A stretch of 49,385 bases of DNA from Nemertoderma westbladi (GCA_032718475.1 JAUCBJ010005959.1:1-49385); one strand, 5' to 3'. Shown: positions 24,800-35,895, numbered from the stretch's first letter. Numbers and translations: made by a program. Notes: generated by a model not told the origin, from the sequence alone.

Positions 24800-24948
24800 T
24801 TACTAACGCACCGACGGTTCTCATTCGAATAATCGGTCGACTTCACCATCGACTACGACGAGAATGGCGACGCATCGAGTACCAGCGTGAAGAGGCCGGA
24901 GGGTTATTAAAACTCACCGATGTCTATCAACTGATTTCACGGGAGGCC

Positions 24949-26499
24949 GTGATCGAGACTCGATCGAACTATACCGATCACCATATCGCGGCGGAAGGGA
25001 TAGCTATTTCTGCGCCGAATCAGACTAAACCACTTCCGACGAACGCGAAAGCCGTTACTTACGCCACCCCTACTGAGACTTCTAAAGTTCTGACGCCTAT
25101 CGGCACCACGCGGCCACGACAACAGTTGCCAGCGGACTTTGTAAGATGCTCATACTGCGAACAGAACGGCAGAAACTACAGCGGACATAAACTTCGTGGA
25201 TGTCGCGCTTTTAAGGAGTTAGGGATTGAAGAAAGGAGACTCCAAATCCGATCGTTAGATTCCTGCTGGAGATGTATGAAGCCAGGACACGTCCGGAAGG
25301 ATTGCCCGAGCGACGATACATGTCCTCAGTGTGGACGTAACCATGACGCGTTGCTTCACACAACCAGTCATACTCCGACCAAACGCTTTCGACGAGAGCA
25401 TCCAGATAAAGCAGCTAGATGCGACGCACTTTACAAGGAGCGTGCGCCGCGTGAGATCCGTACCTTTTATACAGACTGTATGGATCAGTCAGGATCATCG
25501 CACGAGGACAAGGAGGAAGACGACACTTTCTACGTGCATGCAGGTGAGGAACAGCCTTCGATAACGCTCCTCACACAGAACCAACTGAAAGGGTTTCGCG
25601 TGATTCCTATAAAGATTACCGGAACCCGAGGGAGCAAGCGTATATACGCCATCTTAGACTCTGCGTCATCGCATAGCTATGTCGACGAACAAGTAGCCGA
25701 CGTAGTTACGGACATGAGTCAAGGTAAGACTGCTCAGTATACTGTAAGCAGCATGCATGGTAAGAGAGCGATCCCTGTGACGAGAGTAAAACTAACTTTA
25801 GACACTCTTCTTTCCAAAGCGGAACACAGCAAGGAGGAGCGCTCATTACTTCCGGTAAGAAATTTGACCTTTGCAGCTACGAAGGACTTTAGTAACTTGC
25901 TCGGCCCTGTGCCAGAGCAATCACCAGAAGATCGTAAGTATTTCCGACACCTTGGAATACCGGAATGTCCTGTTAATTATCGTTCCATTGCGATGTTAAT
26001 TGGGACAGACCAGTTTAACTTACATCAGGTATGGGAGACACGCCCATCTGTTATTACAGCGGGCAACCCCTACGCATGTAAAACTCCCATAGGTTGGTAT
26101 ACTAGAGCACCAATACGTTCACTAGAGGTAAGTGACCAGGAGGACGACGTTTTGAGTATGTGTACTTTATTGACTAACACGATAGATAATTCTCCTTCAC
26201 ACTCCTGTGGTCCAATTGTACGGACGGCACTACGACAGACTTGCGTCACTAACGCAGATGCCACCGATACTGACGTAACCGATCTGGACACGACCATACG
26301 GACCTCTGACTTACAACTACTTGCAGTAGACCAGGTTGTATTGACTACTGAAGACCAAAGGGTTGTTGCCGTGGATGACTCGATGAACGAGGATTTTGGA
26401 AGGCTTGCGAGCCTACGAAAAATCCAAAGGTCATTGACCCCACCCACCAGGCTTCGACACCGGTCGTTGATCTTGGAAGGCTTGCGAGCCTACCGATAG
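24949..26499 (+). CDS. BEL/Pao gag zinc knuckles plus aspartic protease
   Basis: CSYC...H...C, CWRCMKPGHVRKDC, CPQCGRNHDALLH triple knuckle; AILDSASSHSYV; MLIGTD; KTPIGW. Confidence 0.92.
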   Translation: MIETRSNYTDHHIAAEGIAISAPNQTKPLPTNAKAVTYATPTETSKVLTPIGTTRPRQQLPADFVRCSYCEQNGRNYSGHKLRGCRAFKELGIEERRLQIRSLDSCWRCMKPGHVRKDCPSDDTCPQCGRNHDALLHTTSHTPTKRFRREHPDKAARCDALYKERAPREIRTFYTDCMDQSGSSHEDKEEDDTFYVHAGEEQPSITLLTQNQLKGFRVIPIKITGTRGSKRIYAILDSASSHSYVDEQVADVVTDMSQGKTAQYTVSSMHGKRAIPVTRVKLTLDTLLSKAEHSKEERSLLPVRNLTFAATKDFSNLLGPVPEQSPEDRKYFRHLGIPECPVNYRSIAMLIGTDQFNLHQVWETRPSVITAGNPYACKTPIGWYTRAPIRSLEVSDQEDDVLSMCTLLTNTIDNSPSHSCGPIVRTALRQTCVTNADATDTDVTDLDTTIRTSDLQLLAVDQVVLTTEDQRVVAVDDSMNEDFGRLASLRKIQRSLTPPTRLRHRSLILEGLRAYR

Positions 26500-26579
26500 A
26501 TCAAGAAGTTGTCAAACCGCCGCACGACGATTCGACGCCGACTAGTGACACCGGAAGGCTTGCGAGCCTACCAGACACC

Positions 26580-27560
26580 TTGACACTAGCCACCGCAGCG
26601 GATGAAGACGTGGACGAGGACCATGGCGCAGTGCAAGCAGCGCTAGACCGACTGCTGACTGAACGGACCATTCAATGGTTGGAACAGGACTCAGCAGAAC
26701 CCGGTAGTTACGAGATCGCTATGTCAGAACAGGAAAAACGGTCATTAAATATTATGAGAGATACCATTCGCCAGACCGCGAATGGCCACTATGAGGTTGG
26801 TATGTTGTGGCGCAATGGACAACCTAAGCTCGTTAACAATTACCCGCTTGCTTTGAGGCGACTCAAATCAATAAGGCAGCGATTATTGCGAGACGAGACG
26901 GCCCATATGCAATACAATGCACAACTTCAGACGTATCTCCAAAAGGGATACGCCATTAGGATGTTAAATCCCGAGGTAACCACAGACCAGACATATTACC
27001 TGCCACATCATTTTGTTCGACACCCGGACAAACCTGGCAAGGTGCGTGTAGTCAACGACTGCGCCGCGCTTTACCAAGGGATGTCTATGAACAGCGAACT
27101 GATGGACGGGCCGAATATGAACAATTACCTCATGGGAGTCCTAATGCGTTTTAGACAACGCAAAGTGGCTTTCACCTGTGACGTAGAGGCCATGTTTCAC
27201 CAGGTTAAGGCTTTGGAGCGGGACAGGGACAGCTTGAGGTTTCTTTGGTATCCGGACGGAAACTTACAACTTCCGCCAGAAACTTACCAAATGCAGGTAA
27301 GAGTATTCGGAGCCAGGGACAGCCCCAACTGCACCATGTACGCATTAAAGCAGACCGCATTAGACAGACGAGACCAATTTGACCCAGAAGTAGTTCGGAC
27401 CGTGGAACGAGACTTCTACGTGGATGACGGCCTCAAGAGTTGTGACACCTTGGAGCGCGCTACAACCGTAGCACACCAACTCCAGGATTGTCTCGCGGAG
27501 CGGCGGATTTCACCTGACGAAGTTCGCTTCCAACGAACCCGAGCTGGTGAACTCATTTGA
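26580..27560 (+). CDS. BEL/Pao reverse transcriptase
   Basis: YYLPHHFV..PDKPGKVRVVND, LMRFR, DVEAMFHQV, LRFLW, FGARDSP, DFYVDD. A one-base insertion near 27497 breaks GGFHLTKFASN. Confidence 0.96.
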   Translation: MTLATAADEDVDEDHGAVQAALDRLLTERTIQWLEQDSAEPGSYEIAMSEQEKRSLNIMRDTIRQTANGHYEVGMLWRNGQPKLVNNYPLALRRLKSIRQRLLRDETAHMQYNAQLQTYLQKGYAIRMLNPEVTTDQTYYLPHHFVRHPDKPGKVRVVNDCAALYQGMSMNSELMDGPNMNNYLMGVLMRFRQRKVAFTCDVEAMFHQVKALERDRDSLRFLWYPDGNLQLPPETYQMQVRVFGARDSPNCTMYALKQTALDRRDQFDPEVVRTVERDFYVDDGLKSCDTLERATTVAHQLQDCLAERRISPDEVRFQRTRAGELI

Positions 27561-30500
27561 CCCGATGGATCACAGTGGAGGTGACTTGGACTTAGACCTA
27601 GAACCTCTGCCGACGACCAAAGTATTAGGACTTAGTTGGGACCCTAACACCGACAATTTTAGGGTACGTGTAAGGTCCAACGACCAGACTAGACCTCTCA
27701 CTAAGAGGACTTGCTTATCGACCATGAGTCGATTGTATGACCCATTGTGTTTCATTAGTCCAGTGATCCTACATGCTAGGATCATACTCCGCAGCATTTG
27801 GCAAGCCGGACTGGAATGGGACGATCCCATCCCAGAAAAGTTAGCTGAGCGATGGAGGGACTGGGAAGCCCAACTGACGTTCCTACAAGACTATACCATA
27901 CTGAGGGTATACTTTCCTTTGCAAACCACCTTTCCTGCCGATTTAGAGCTTCACAGCTTTAGTGACGCTAGCAAGGATGGATTGGGGGTTACTTTGTACC
28001 TTAGACGACAAGTGACATCGGACAGCTACGATGTATCTCTCGTTACTTCAAGAGCTAGAACAATGCCATTGAATTATATGACTGTACCTCGTGGGGAGCT
28101 GCAAGCCGGGATGATATTCTCCGATATTGTCAGTCTAGTTCAACGCAAGCTGGAGGCTAACTTGAAGGTCACATATTGGACGGATGCGACGTTGGTACTT
28201 TGGTACATAAACAACGAAGCGTTTGAGTTCAAGACTTTCGTAGCCAACAGACGGGCTGAAATACTAGACCGGTCGCTCAAACAAGATTGGCGTCACTGTC
28301 CAGGGAAGCTGAACCCAGCTGACATCGCGTCACGGGGGATGCAACCACTTGACTTTTGTAAACCGGACAATAAATCCTTTTGGTTTAGAGGACCCGATTT
28401 CCTACAGCGACCATCAGACGAATGGCCACCGTTATTCGACGCGACAACCAACACCATACCAGAGGGTGCCGAGATAAAAATCGACAAGGTTGTCAAGTCT
28501 AAAGCGAAAGCCAATGCCAAGGTCAAAAGGAAAAAGGGACAGACGAAATCTGATGACCTGGACGCCAGACCTGACATTACGCCAGACGTCTCACCAGACA
28601 TTCGACCAGACGCTTGTACGAATTCTTCGCCGGATGTTCCGCGGGAGATTTCACCAGACGTTTCGCCGGATTGTTCACCAGATCACTCGCCAGACTATTC
28701 ACCAGAAGCGACACCAGATTGTTCTCCGGATTGTTTGCCAGACTGTTTGATGGAACTCTCGACAGAATGTCTACCGGACGTCTCACCAGACTTTCCACCA
28801 GACATCTCGACAGAATGTCCACCAGACTTTGAACCAGACTTTCTGACAGAAGTTACGCCAGACAGACCTTGGGACCGACGACAAGACATTTCGCTGGAAG
28901 TTCCGCGCTATGTCTCACCAGACGTCTCACCAGACTGTTCACCGGACGCTTCACCAGACTGTCTATTAGACACTCCATTAGAAGACCCATTGGAGCGGAC
29001 TTTTAGAGACTTACCGAATTTGACTTCTTTGGACGACAAAGGTGTGGCCACAGCGATCACACTCCGCTCAAAGAAAGTACTTGACTTACCTACAGGTAAA
29101 CGTGTGACTAAGGTTAGGAAGCTTACAGGCTCACAGGAACACACTGACACTGTAGAGTTGAAACCGTTACTGCCAGTCGACACATTAGGTGCGGACGGTA
29201 AAGGTAAGACCATAGAGATTGACGTACTTGGGGACTCAGACAAACCTACCGGAAGGCCCATGGGCCTACCAAGTCCAGACAAGTATCCACACTACGACTA
29301 CACCTTACCTGATGACGTCACCAACACTTACGTTGACAGGATAGTAAACCTAACTAGATCATGGACTGACGCATGCCGCAAGTTAGCATGGCTCAAACGA
29401 TTGAGACAATATGCCAGAGGCAAACGCGACTTTCCTAGAAGACTTACCTTAAAGGAAGTTGGCCACTGTGAAGTTGATATCATTAGACATTATCAATTGC
29501 GATATTTCGCACGAGAGTTCACAGCGATCAAACAAGGTAAACAGATTAAGTCTTCACCGATTTTGAGTTGGAGTCCGATTATTTACCGGGGCTTACTTTG
29601 TCACAAGTCCAGACTCCAAAAAATCGACTTTGCACTTGACTTTAGGTATCCTATCATCATACCGCAACACCATGAATTACAGCGCGCTATGATACTGGAC
29701 GCACATGTACAACTCAAACACGTGGGTAGACACCACTGTCTGTCACACTTACGCCCGAGGTTTGTACTGATTAGACCTAGTAAGGCACTGAGTTCGGTAA
29801 CGCGGAACTGTATTATTTGTAAGAAGGTGCACGCGAGGATAGGACACCAAGAAATGAGTGAACTACCACTAGCTAGATTACAGGCGTTTAGACCCCCTTT
29901 CACTGAGACAGGGATAGACTGTTTTGGACCCATAATCGCGAAACGCGGAAGGGTACAGGTAAAACGTTGGGGATTGATCTTCACTTGCATGGCCAGCAGA
30001 GCTGTCCATATAGAGCGAGTGACAGATTTGAACACCAATGCCTTTATCCTAGCCTTACGGCGATTTATCGCTAGACGTGGATTGGTCAAATCCATTTACT
30101 GCGACCAAGGGACAAACTTTGTGGGTGCACGGAACGAAATAACCAGAGCTTTGAGAAAGTTGGACCAAAACCAGATTTCCGAGGAACTACGTCCTCACCG
30201 TATTGTTTGGAATTTCAACACTCCAGACAGTACGTGGAGAGGTGGCGCTTGGGAAAGGCTGATTGGCTCAATTAAAACAGCTATGGCTAAAGTAGTACCG
30301 ACGCAACACATATTGACAGACGACCAACTGACGACGTTACTAATAGAAATCGAAGCAATCTTAAACACTAGACCGATCACTTTGATCCCAGACAATAACG
30401 ACGCACAGTTTGCCTTGACACCAGCGCACCTGCTTATGCAGGCGCCGACGACATTGTTGCCCATTTCGGTACCCGTTGATAGTGACGGATACGGCAACAA

Positions 30501-30837
30501 GGCTTGGAAAATCACTCAATTGCTTGCAAATAAATTCTGGGAAATATGGCTGAAATATTATTTGCCCTCTATTTCAACCAGAACCTCTTGGTATCTAAAT
30601 ACCCGATGTTTAAGACGTGGTGACCATGTTTTATTGGCTGAAGCAAATCTGAAAAGACGGTTTTGGCTGACTGGAGTCATTTTGACCACACACCCTACAT
30701 CTGGTGTAGTAAGGACAGTTACTGTAAGGACTATAGAGGGACGTACCGTAGATAGGCCTGTACAACGTCTCGTGCTCCTTGAAGAGACTAGAAACGAGAC
30801 AGGAGACTACAAATCTCCACCCAATATTAGTAAATAG
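27547..30837 (+). CDS. BEL/Pao RNase H (Pao peptidase A17 region) plus integrase
   Basis: KVLGLSWD, LYDPL, LHSFSDAS, TVPRGEL, WTDA, NPADIASRG; H..HVG...CIIC; TGIDCFGP, IYCDQGTNFVGA, GGAWERLI, LNTRPIT, RPVQRLVLL. Confidence 0.96.
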   Translation: MNSFDPMDHSGGDLDLDLEPLPTTKVLGLSWDPNTDNFRVRVRSNDQTRPLTKRTCLSTMSRLYDPLCFISPVILHARIILRSIWQAGLEWDDPIPEKLAERWRDWEAQLTFLQDYTILRVYFPLQTTFPADLELHSFSDASKDGLGVTLYLRRQVTSDSYDVSLVTSRARTMPLNYMTVPRGELQAGMIFSDIVSLVQRKLEANLKVTYWTDATLVLWYINNEAFEFKTFVANRRAEILDRSLKQDWRHCPGKLNPADIASRGMQPLDFCKPDNKSFWFRGPDFLQRPSDEWPPLFDATTNTIPEGAEIKIDKVVKSKAKANAKVKRKKGQTKSDDLDARPDITPDVSPDIRPDACTNSSPDVPREISPDVSPDCSPDHSPDYSPEATPDCSPDCLPDCLMELSTECLPDVSPDFPPDISTECPPDFEPDFLTEVTPDRPWDRRQDISLEVPRYVSPDVSPDCSPDASPDCLLDTPLEDPLERTFRDLPNLTSLDDKGVATAITLRSKKVLDLPTGKRVTKVRKLTGSQEHTDTVELKPLLPVDTLGADGKGKTIEIDVLGDSDKPTGRPMGLPSPDKYPHYDYTLPDDVTNTYVDRIVNLTRSWTDACRKLAWLKRLRQYARGKRDFPRRLTLKEVGHCEVDIIRHYQLRYFAREFTAIKQGKQIKSSPILSWSPIIYRGLLCHKSRLQKIDFALDFRYPIIIPQHHELQRAMILDAHVQLKHVGRHHCLSHLRPRFVLIRPSKALSSVTRNCIICKKVHARIGHQEMSELPLARLQAFRPPFTETGIDCFGPIIAKRGRVQVKRWGLIFTCMASRAVHIERVTDLNTNAFILALRRFIARRGLVKSIYCDQGTNFVGARNEITRALRKLDQNQISEELRPHRIVWNFNTPDSTWRGGAWERLIGSIKTAMAKVVPTQHILTDDQLTTLLIEIEAILNTRPITLIPDNNDAQFALTPAHLLMQAPTTLLPISVPVDSDGYGNKAWKITQLLANKFWEIWLKYYLPSISTRTSWYLNTRCLRRGDHVLLAEANLKRRFWLTGVILTTHPTSGVVRTVTVRTIEGRTVDRPVQRLVLLEETRNETGDYKSPPNISK
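28560..28975 (+). repeat. Degenerate 12-bp coding repeat (x-S-P-D units) between RNase H and integrase
   Basis: tcaccagac-type units encode DVSPDCSPDHSPDYSPE..., in frame with pol. Confidence 0.9.
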
Positions 30838-31572
30838 ATGTGGGACCTTTGTTGGCCGCCACATAGACCTACTGTATTTTAGTTATTTTGTATTTGTATT
30901 ACTGTACGTGCATTTGTAATCCTCTTCACTGTAGATAGAGACAGCGGTGGAATTCCATTGTCTTTATATGTGAACATGGAGGGTAGTACCCTTATGTATC
31001 ACATAGGAGCGGGATTGTGTGTACAGTAGGAATGGAATTCCACTTGGAACCCACAAGTGAGACAATTTTTCAAAAATTATTAGACAAATCCATTTATTTG
31101 GATTTAAATTTAAGAAAAACGAATCTCCAGTGAATGCGAATTCTAGAATACAGCTAGATAAAAATTAAAATTGGGGAGGACAAGAGCGGATGGAAGGCTT
31201 GCGAGCCTACCGATAAATTTTTTTTGGAAAAGAAAACCAGCCTTGTTCTACGTAGTCGTGTCTACTATCATTTAGACCAATTAATTCTCGACTGCACTAT
31301 TTTCTTGGGGAATGTAGCATGGGAAATTAAAAGGTGAGTATTTTAGACTCGCGGCTAGTTTACCCGGAATTCGTTTTTTATCGGCACATTTTTTGGATTA
31401 GGAGCCAGTGCGAAATCACGCGAACCCGAAATCATTAGGCAAATGGGTTGGGGTTTAGAGCAGAGTTGAGCCAAAAGCCGACAAACTCTAAGTCACCTCA
31501 CATCTAACCTCTATTTTGTGCTTCATCTACTAGAAACGTAACGATATGTAACCACATATATATTCATATACG

Positions 31573-34500
31573 ATGGCGGAGAAGATGTATAAAGAGTTAC
31601 GTCAAGGGTTTACGCAAGAACAAGAGCACCAGGCGCCATTCAATCGTTATGGAGCTAAAAACTTTAGTGTGTTTGGAGTGGAGAGTATGGTTAGGAGTAC
31701 GGCCAAGCTCGCTAAATCCAAGGCGGACCCAAATGTTACGCGACAGCGGTTGGACGCATACAACAAAAGAACGGAGGAATTACGCGCTGAGTTCAATGCA
31801 TTATATCCCTACGATGCGTTATGCGACGCTAGCGGTAAATGAACCGACGGGGATGACCGAGTTTGACGGTAAATGAACCCTTACCTGCAGCTAGAGACGA
31901 ATTTGAAGGAATGCTTCTTTATAGACGCACTCGAGGAGCGGATCCTGAGACCAAGGATGCGTTCTCCATATACAAACTGTTTTATAAATGTGGAGCGTGT
32001 ATGCGCGAGCAAGACAACGCGATTCCTATGCGGTTGAACTCGGAGAACCCCGAGCCGATATTAGCGCGATGTTCACACCACCAAAGTCTACGTTACCAAG
32101 AAGGCGGATACCCTTTGACAAATCCGTATCATTCGTTTAAAATGAGTGGACCGAACGTGGGTGAGATCGTTATTTACGAACCCAAATTAGTCGAACCAGA
32201 CATCTACAGCATGTTAGTGGACGAGTCTAATAAGTCGACACAAGAGCTTTGAGCCTCTACAGGGCGTACAAGGCGTATGAGAAAGGCGAGATCGAGGAGT
32301 TCGGCGGAAGGCTCGCGAGCCTACCATTCTATTGGATATCCCACGATCAAACCGAACCCAAGGAGATGACACCCGAGCTCTTTGATAGTATCACCTTTGC
32401 TCAGCGTTTGTCGCAGAGACTACAGATACCTCATGTCGAGATGACGCGAGAACCTCAGCCCCATTCTACTGGAGCGATAGTACCGGTTGCGAGACCAACT
32501 AGTTTTCCTATTAGTATACCGACCCGGAAGGAGACAACTTACGAGATCCCTATAGTTGAACACCCGGAGATCATCTCGAACCTGGATTTCCTTGCGTAAA
32601 GTAATAGTTCAAAAAATCGTACGCAACGTGCCTCCACATATTACGGACTTTAAGGAAGTAGATCGCGCGGGGACGGATATTGCACCTTGTATCTTGCGAG
32701 GATATCTGACGAAGACGATTCGATTATGGATCGGAGTTGGAACGTTTGAGACCGACACCGATATCGCGACCAATTGGACCGGTAAACCTATTAGTTTCGA
32801 TGATGAAAAGTCGATTGGGAGAATTTGGAACCCTACCGACGATTTACTCGACGATTGGGACGTGACTAGCCGATCTCTAAAGGAGAATGGTTATATGTTT
32901 TACGATAATGAAGGAGGAAGCCATCAGCAAAGCCTCACTTCAAAGACTATACAGATTAGAGCACCAGATGGCGTGTTACATGTCTTCAGCCGACAGAGGA
33001 GTGATAGGAAGATGCCTATGCCGGAAGGAACGACGCAAAGATACACGATGATAAAACAGATAGTTAAATCCATGGACCTGGCTTGTAGCATCGAAGCTAG
33101 GATGTTGCCAAAGGCCGTGCGAGACGTTGTGTTGGATAAGAGCATCGTCAAGATCGGATCCGGTGTACGGGATGACCTTATTAGCGACTTTGCAGGGATG
33201 CCCACGGAAAAGGACCGATTGCCTACGCCATACGTGGATACTAGACCATTGTTGCTTTGGGCTATTGAGCAAGGATATTTTAGGGAGTATAACACGCTAA
33301 AAACTGGGACAGGTTATATCTCATATCTAATGTTCAGTTGGGATTACAAGGAGAGTAAGAGGAGCAAATACACGGACGTATACGGAGAGGGAGATACCCC
33401 CGGCGTAAACGAGTTCGAGTCACAGTTGAAGTGGCGAGGTTGCGTGTATTGGGCGATTACTTCACCTCCGCGGATAATCTTGCAATACTATTTAGCGATA
33501 GAATCTTCGGTTAACGTTTGTTTCATCGCAGATGTAGTATCCAGAACCCTAAAGCGACACCCGTTATGTCTTAGCGAAGGACATACCTTTTACGATGGAG
33601 GAAGGACGCATACTGATGTATTCCGACGATTTCTCCAACCCTTTTATAACACTGATGCGCACTGCGAAGTTTTCACGCGAGCGGGACTTAGCGTTTTCAG
33701 GGACGTCTATCTCACTCACGCGGGAAGTCTAGTCGACAGACCGTCGATGTTAACGTTAGTACCCTACGACGGGGAACACCACGCGGAATTCGAATGCCCG
33801 GAAGGATCCTGGAAGCCTCGCGAGCCTACCGCCCATCACGACGATGTGGATCCGACCGAGTTGGCGCTAATAGACGAACCGTTACGGCAACTCATAGAGA
33901 TAGAGGAGAACCTTCCGAGGAAGACGCGAACTGAAATACGCGAGTTGGAGAAAAGCGATGCCATGGTTTGTGTACAACCTACGGAGACGAACATACCGAC
34001 TGACCCGGATGATGAGAATTATCACGTGGACGGTAGCGCTCGCCCCATCGGAGATCTCATCTATGAGCGAGTTTGGTATCCTGCCAACACTATTTGTGGC
34101 AGATGCGGAGCAACTGGCCATCACGCAAAGAAATGCGGAGCGAAGCACATATCTCTACCGGATTTAGTATGTAACTGGTGCGGGGATCAACGTTTGCACA
34201 CTTTCTACACTTGCTGGCGTTTCGTGGCGCAGTGCACTTATTGTAATATTAAGGGCCATAGGGCATCCGAATGTCAACTTAGAGACGTCCCCTATGAGCA
34301 CATGTCAGTTAAAATCGTTCGACAATTATTCGACCATTGGGAGGATCAAGCAGACGAACATGTATCGACGCAGCGACGCCGCTTCCCTATGAGAGCACAT
34401 TTGGGATTTTGGGCCGTAAACCCTCTCATAATGTCAAAGGAAGGATATGTATCGGCTATGCCTCAGTATGATGAATTGTTGGAGGTGTTGGATATATTGC

Positions 34501-35249
34501 CATTGGACAGCGGATTCAAAGTTGTGCGGGACTATTTCTTACAAGTGCACCCCGACAACAAGAATACTTGGAACTTTCAAACTGTGGTGAACAAGATTAC
34601 CGCCGGAGAATTCGATAAACTGCGAGTTGAACAGCGGAATCGAGGAGCCTGGCATTCGATAGCTTGGGCATACCGGAGCGCATTTTATCACAAACGAGTA
34701 ACCTCGTGTATTCTAGACGAGACCGACGTTTTGCGTGAGACTGGCTTCAAGGCCACGCCGTTAGCAGAGAAGACGCGTCACCCACAGGATGATCAGCAAT
34801 TTCGTATACTCAAAGCCCAGAAGTCCGGACAAGAGATAAAGAACATAGTAAATGTCGCCGAGAGGACGACATCGAAGTCGCAAATCCGGATGACTCGGGG
34901 CACGGTTTCCCTTGCTAGAGAACCACGCGGAGGGACAGGATACGCTTTGCCTGAACCCATTAGGATTCAAACGACGTCAGAGAGCAAGGTGTCAGCGGAC
35001 GGAACAGTCCCACCCTTTCGACTTCCTCCTAGCGTTGTGGAGACTCGATCCGATGTTAAGCCGACAGTTGGAATCGGACGAGGATTTAGAGGATTGAGCG
35101 CACGACGGATGTGCGAAACTCCCGTCGTCCCCTTTCCTAGCGTTTTGGAACCACCGACGACTCGACGCCGAAGTCCGAGCCCAGTTCGACCTCGACCACC
35201 CCCCAATCGCACTAGAGAACATGGACGAGCCCGCTCAGCGAAGGAATAG
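31573..35249 (+). CDS. Extra ORF: DEDDy (WRN/EXD/RNase D-like) 3'-5' exonuclease plus three CCHC zinc knuckles; N-terminal part frameshifted
   Basis: ExoI KPISFDDEK (32784-32810), TIQIRA, LPKAVRDVVLDKSIVKIGSGVRDDL (ExoII), YVDT, ExoIII-like QYYLAIE (33483-33503). Knuckles CGRCGATGHHAKKC, CNWCGDQRLHTFYTC, CTYCNIKGHRASEC (34095-34274). Intact block is 32556-35249. Confidence 0.75.
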
Positions 35250-35284
35250 GAAGCGAGTAGAAGGAAGGCTTGCGAGCCTACCGA

Positions 35285-35365
35285 TTTGGATATTATATTT
35301 GGATATTATATTTGGATATTATATTTGGATATTATATTTGGATGTTTATATTGGACATTATGTTT
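35285..35365 (+). repeat. 14-bp tandem repeat (tttggatattatat), about 5 copies, in the 3' UTR
   Basis: Directly visible between hairpin copies at 35263 and 35399. Confidence 0.9.
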
Positions 35366-35895
35366 GAATGTTGGGTTTGTAGGAGCGAGATATGGAAAGG
35401 AAGGCTTGCGAGCCTACCGTTAGTAATTAGTGCTCAGGAGAAGATATCCAGACCAGCAGGACGAACTTTAAGCTTGTCAGGAGGACCCTTTAAGACTCAT
35501 TTTAAAGTTATTAGCGCATTGTGTTTATATTATATTTGAACTGATTTAATTTGGTGGAAGTTTATTATGTATATTTACAATATGTAAAGATTTATCGAAA
35601 GAGTTACAATTATTTGTTCGATTTGTTTTGATTTATTTGTTCTGATTTGTTTAATTTGCTTACCTTGATAACCGAAAGCCTTTTTTGTATTTTAGGCACT
35701 AAAGTTAATTAGTAAATTTGTATTTGTATGTACGATCGATTGTATTTACGCCGTATCTGCAATATTAAGTATGCCATAATTAGATAGTGATTATATTTTA
35801 TATTTTAGGCCCTACCAGTAGATTTAGAAGTAGTTTGTAAACATTTTATATTTCGATTGGTGAAAACAGTCTTACTTACTGTTTTCATGGAGCGG

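Noticed and set aside
32556-35249. Envelope glycoprotein
   Set aside because: No signal peptide or transmembrane helix is visible; the motifs fit a nuclease with zinc knuckles.
22963-35418. Hairpin repeats as a CRISPR array
   Set aside because: Spacing is irregular (77 bp to several kb), most copies lie inside retrotransposon ORFs, and there are no cas genes.
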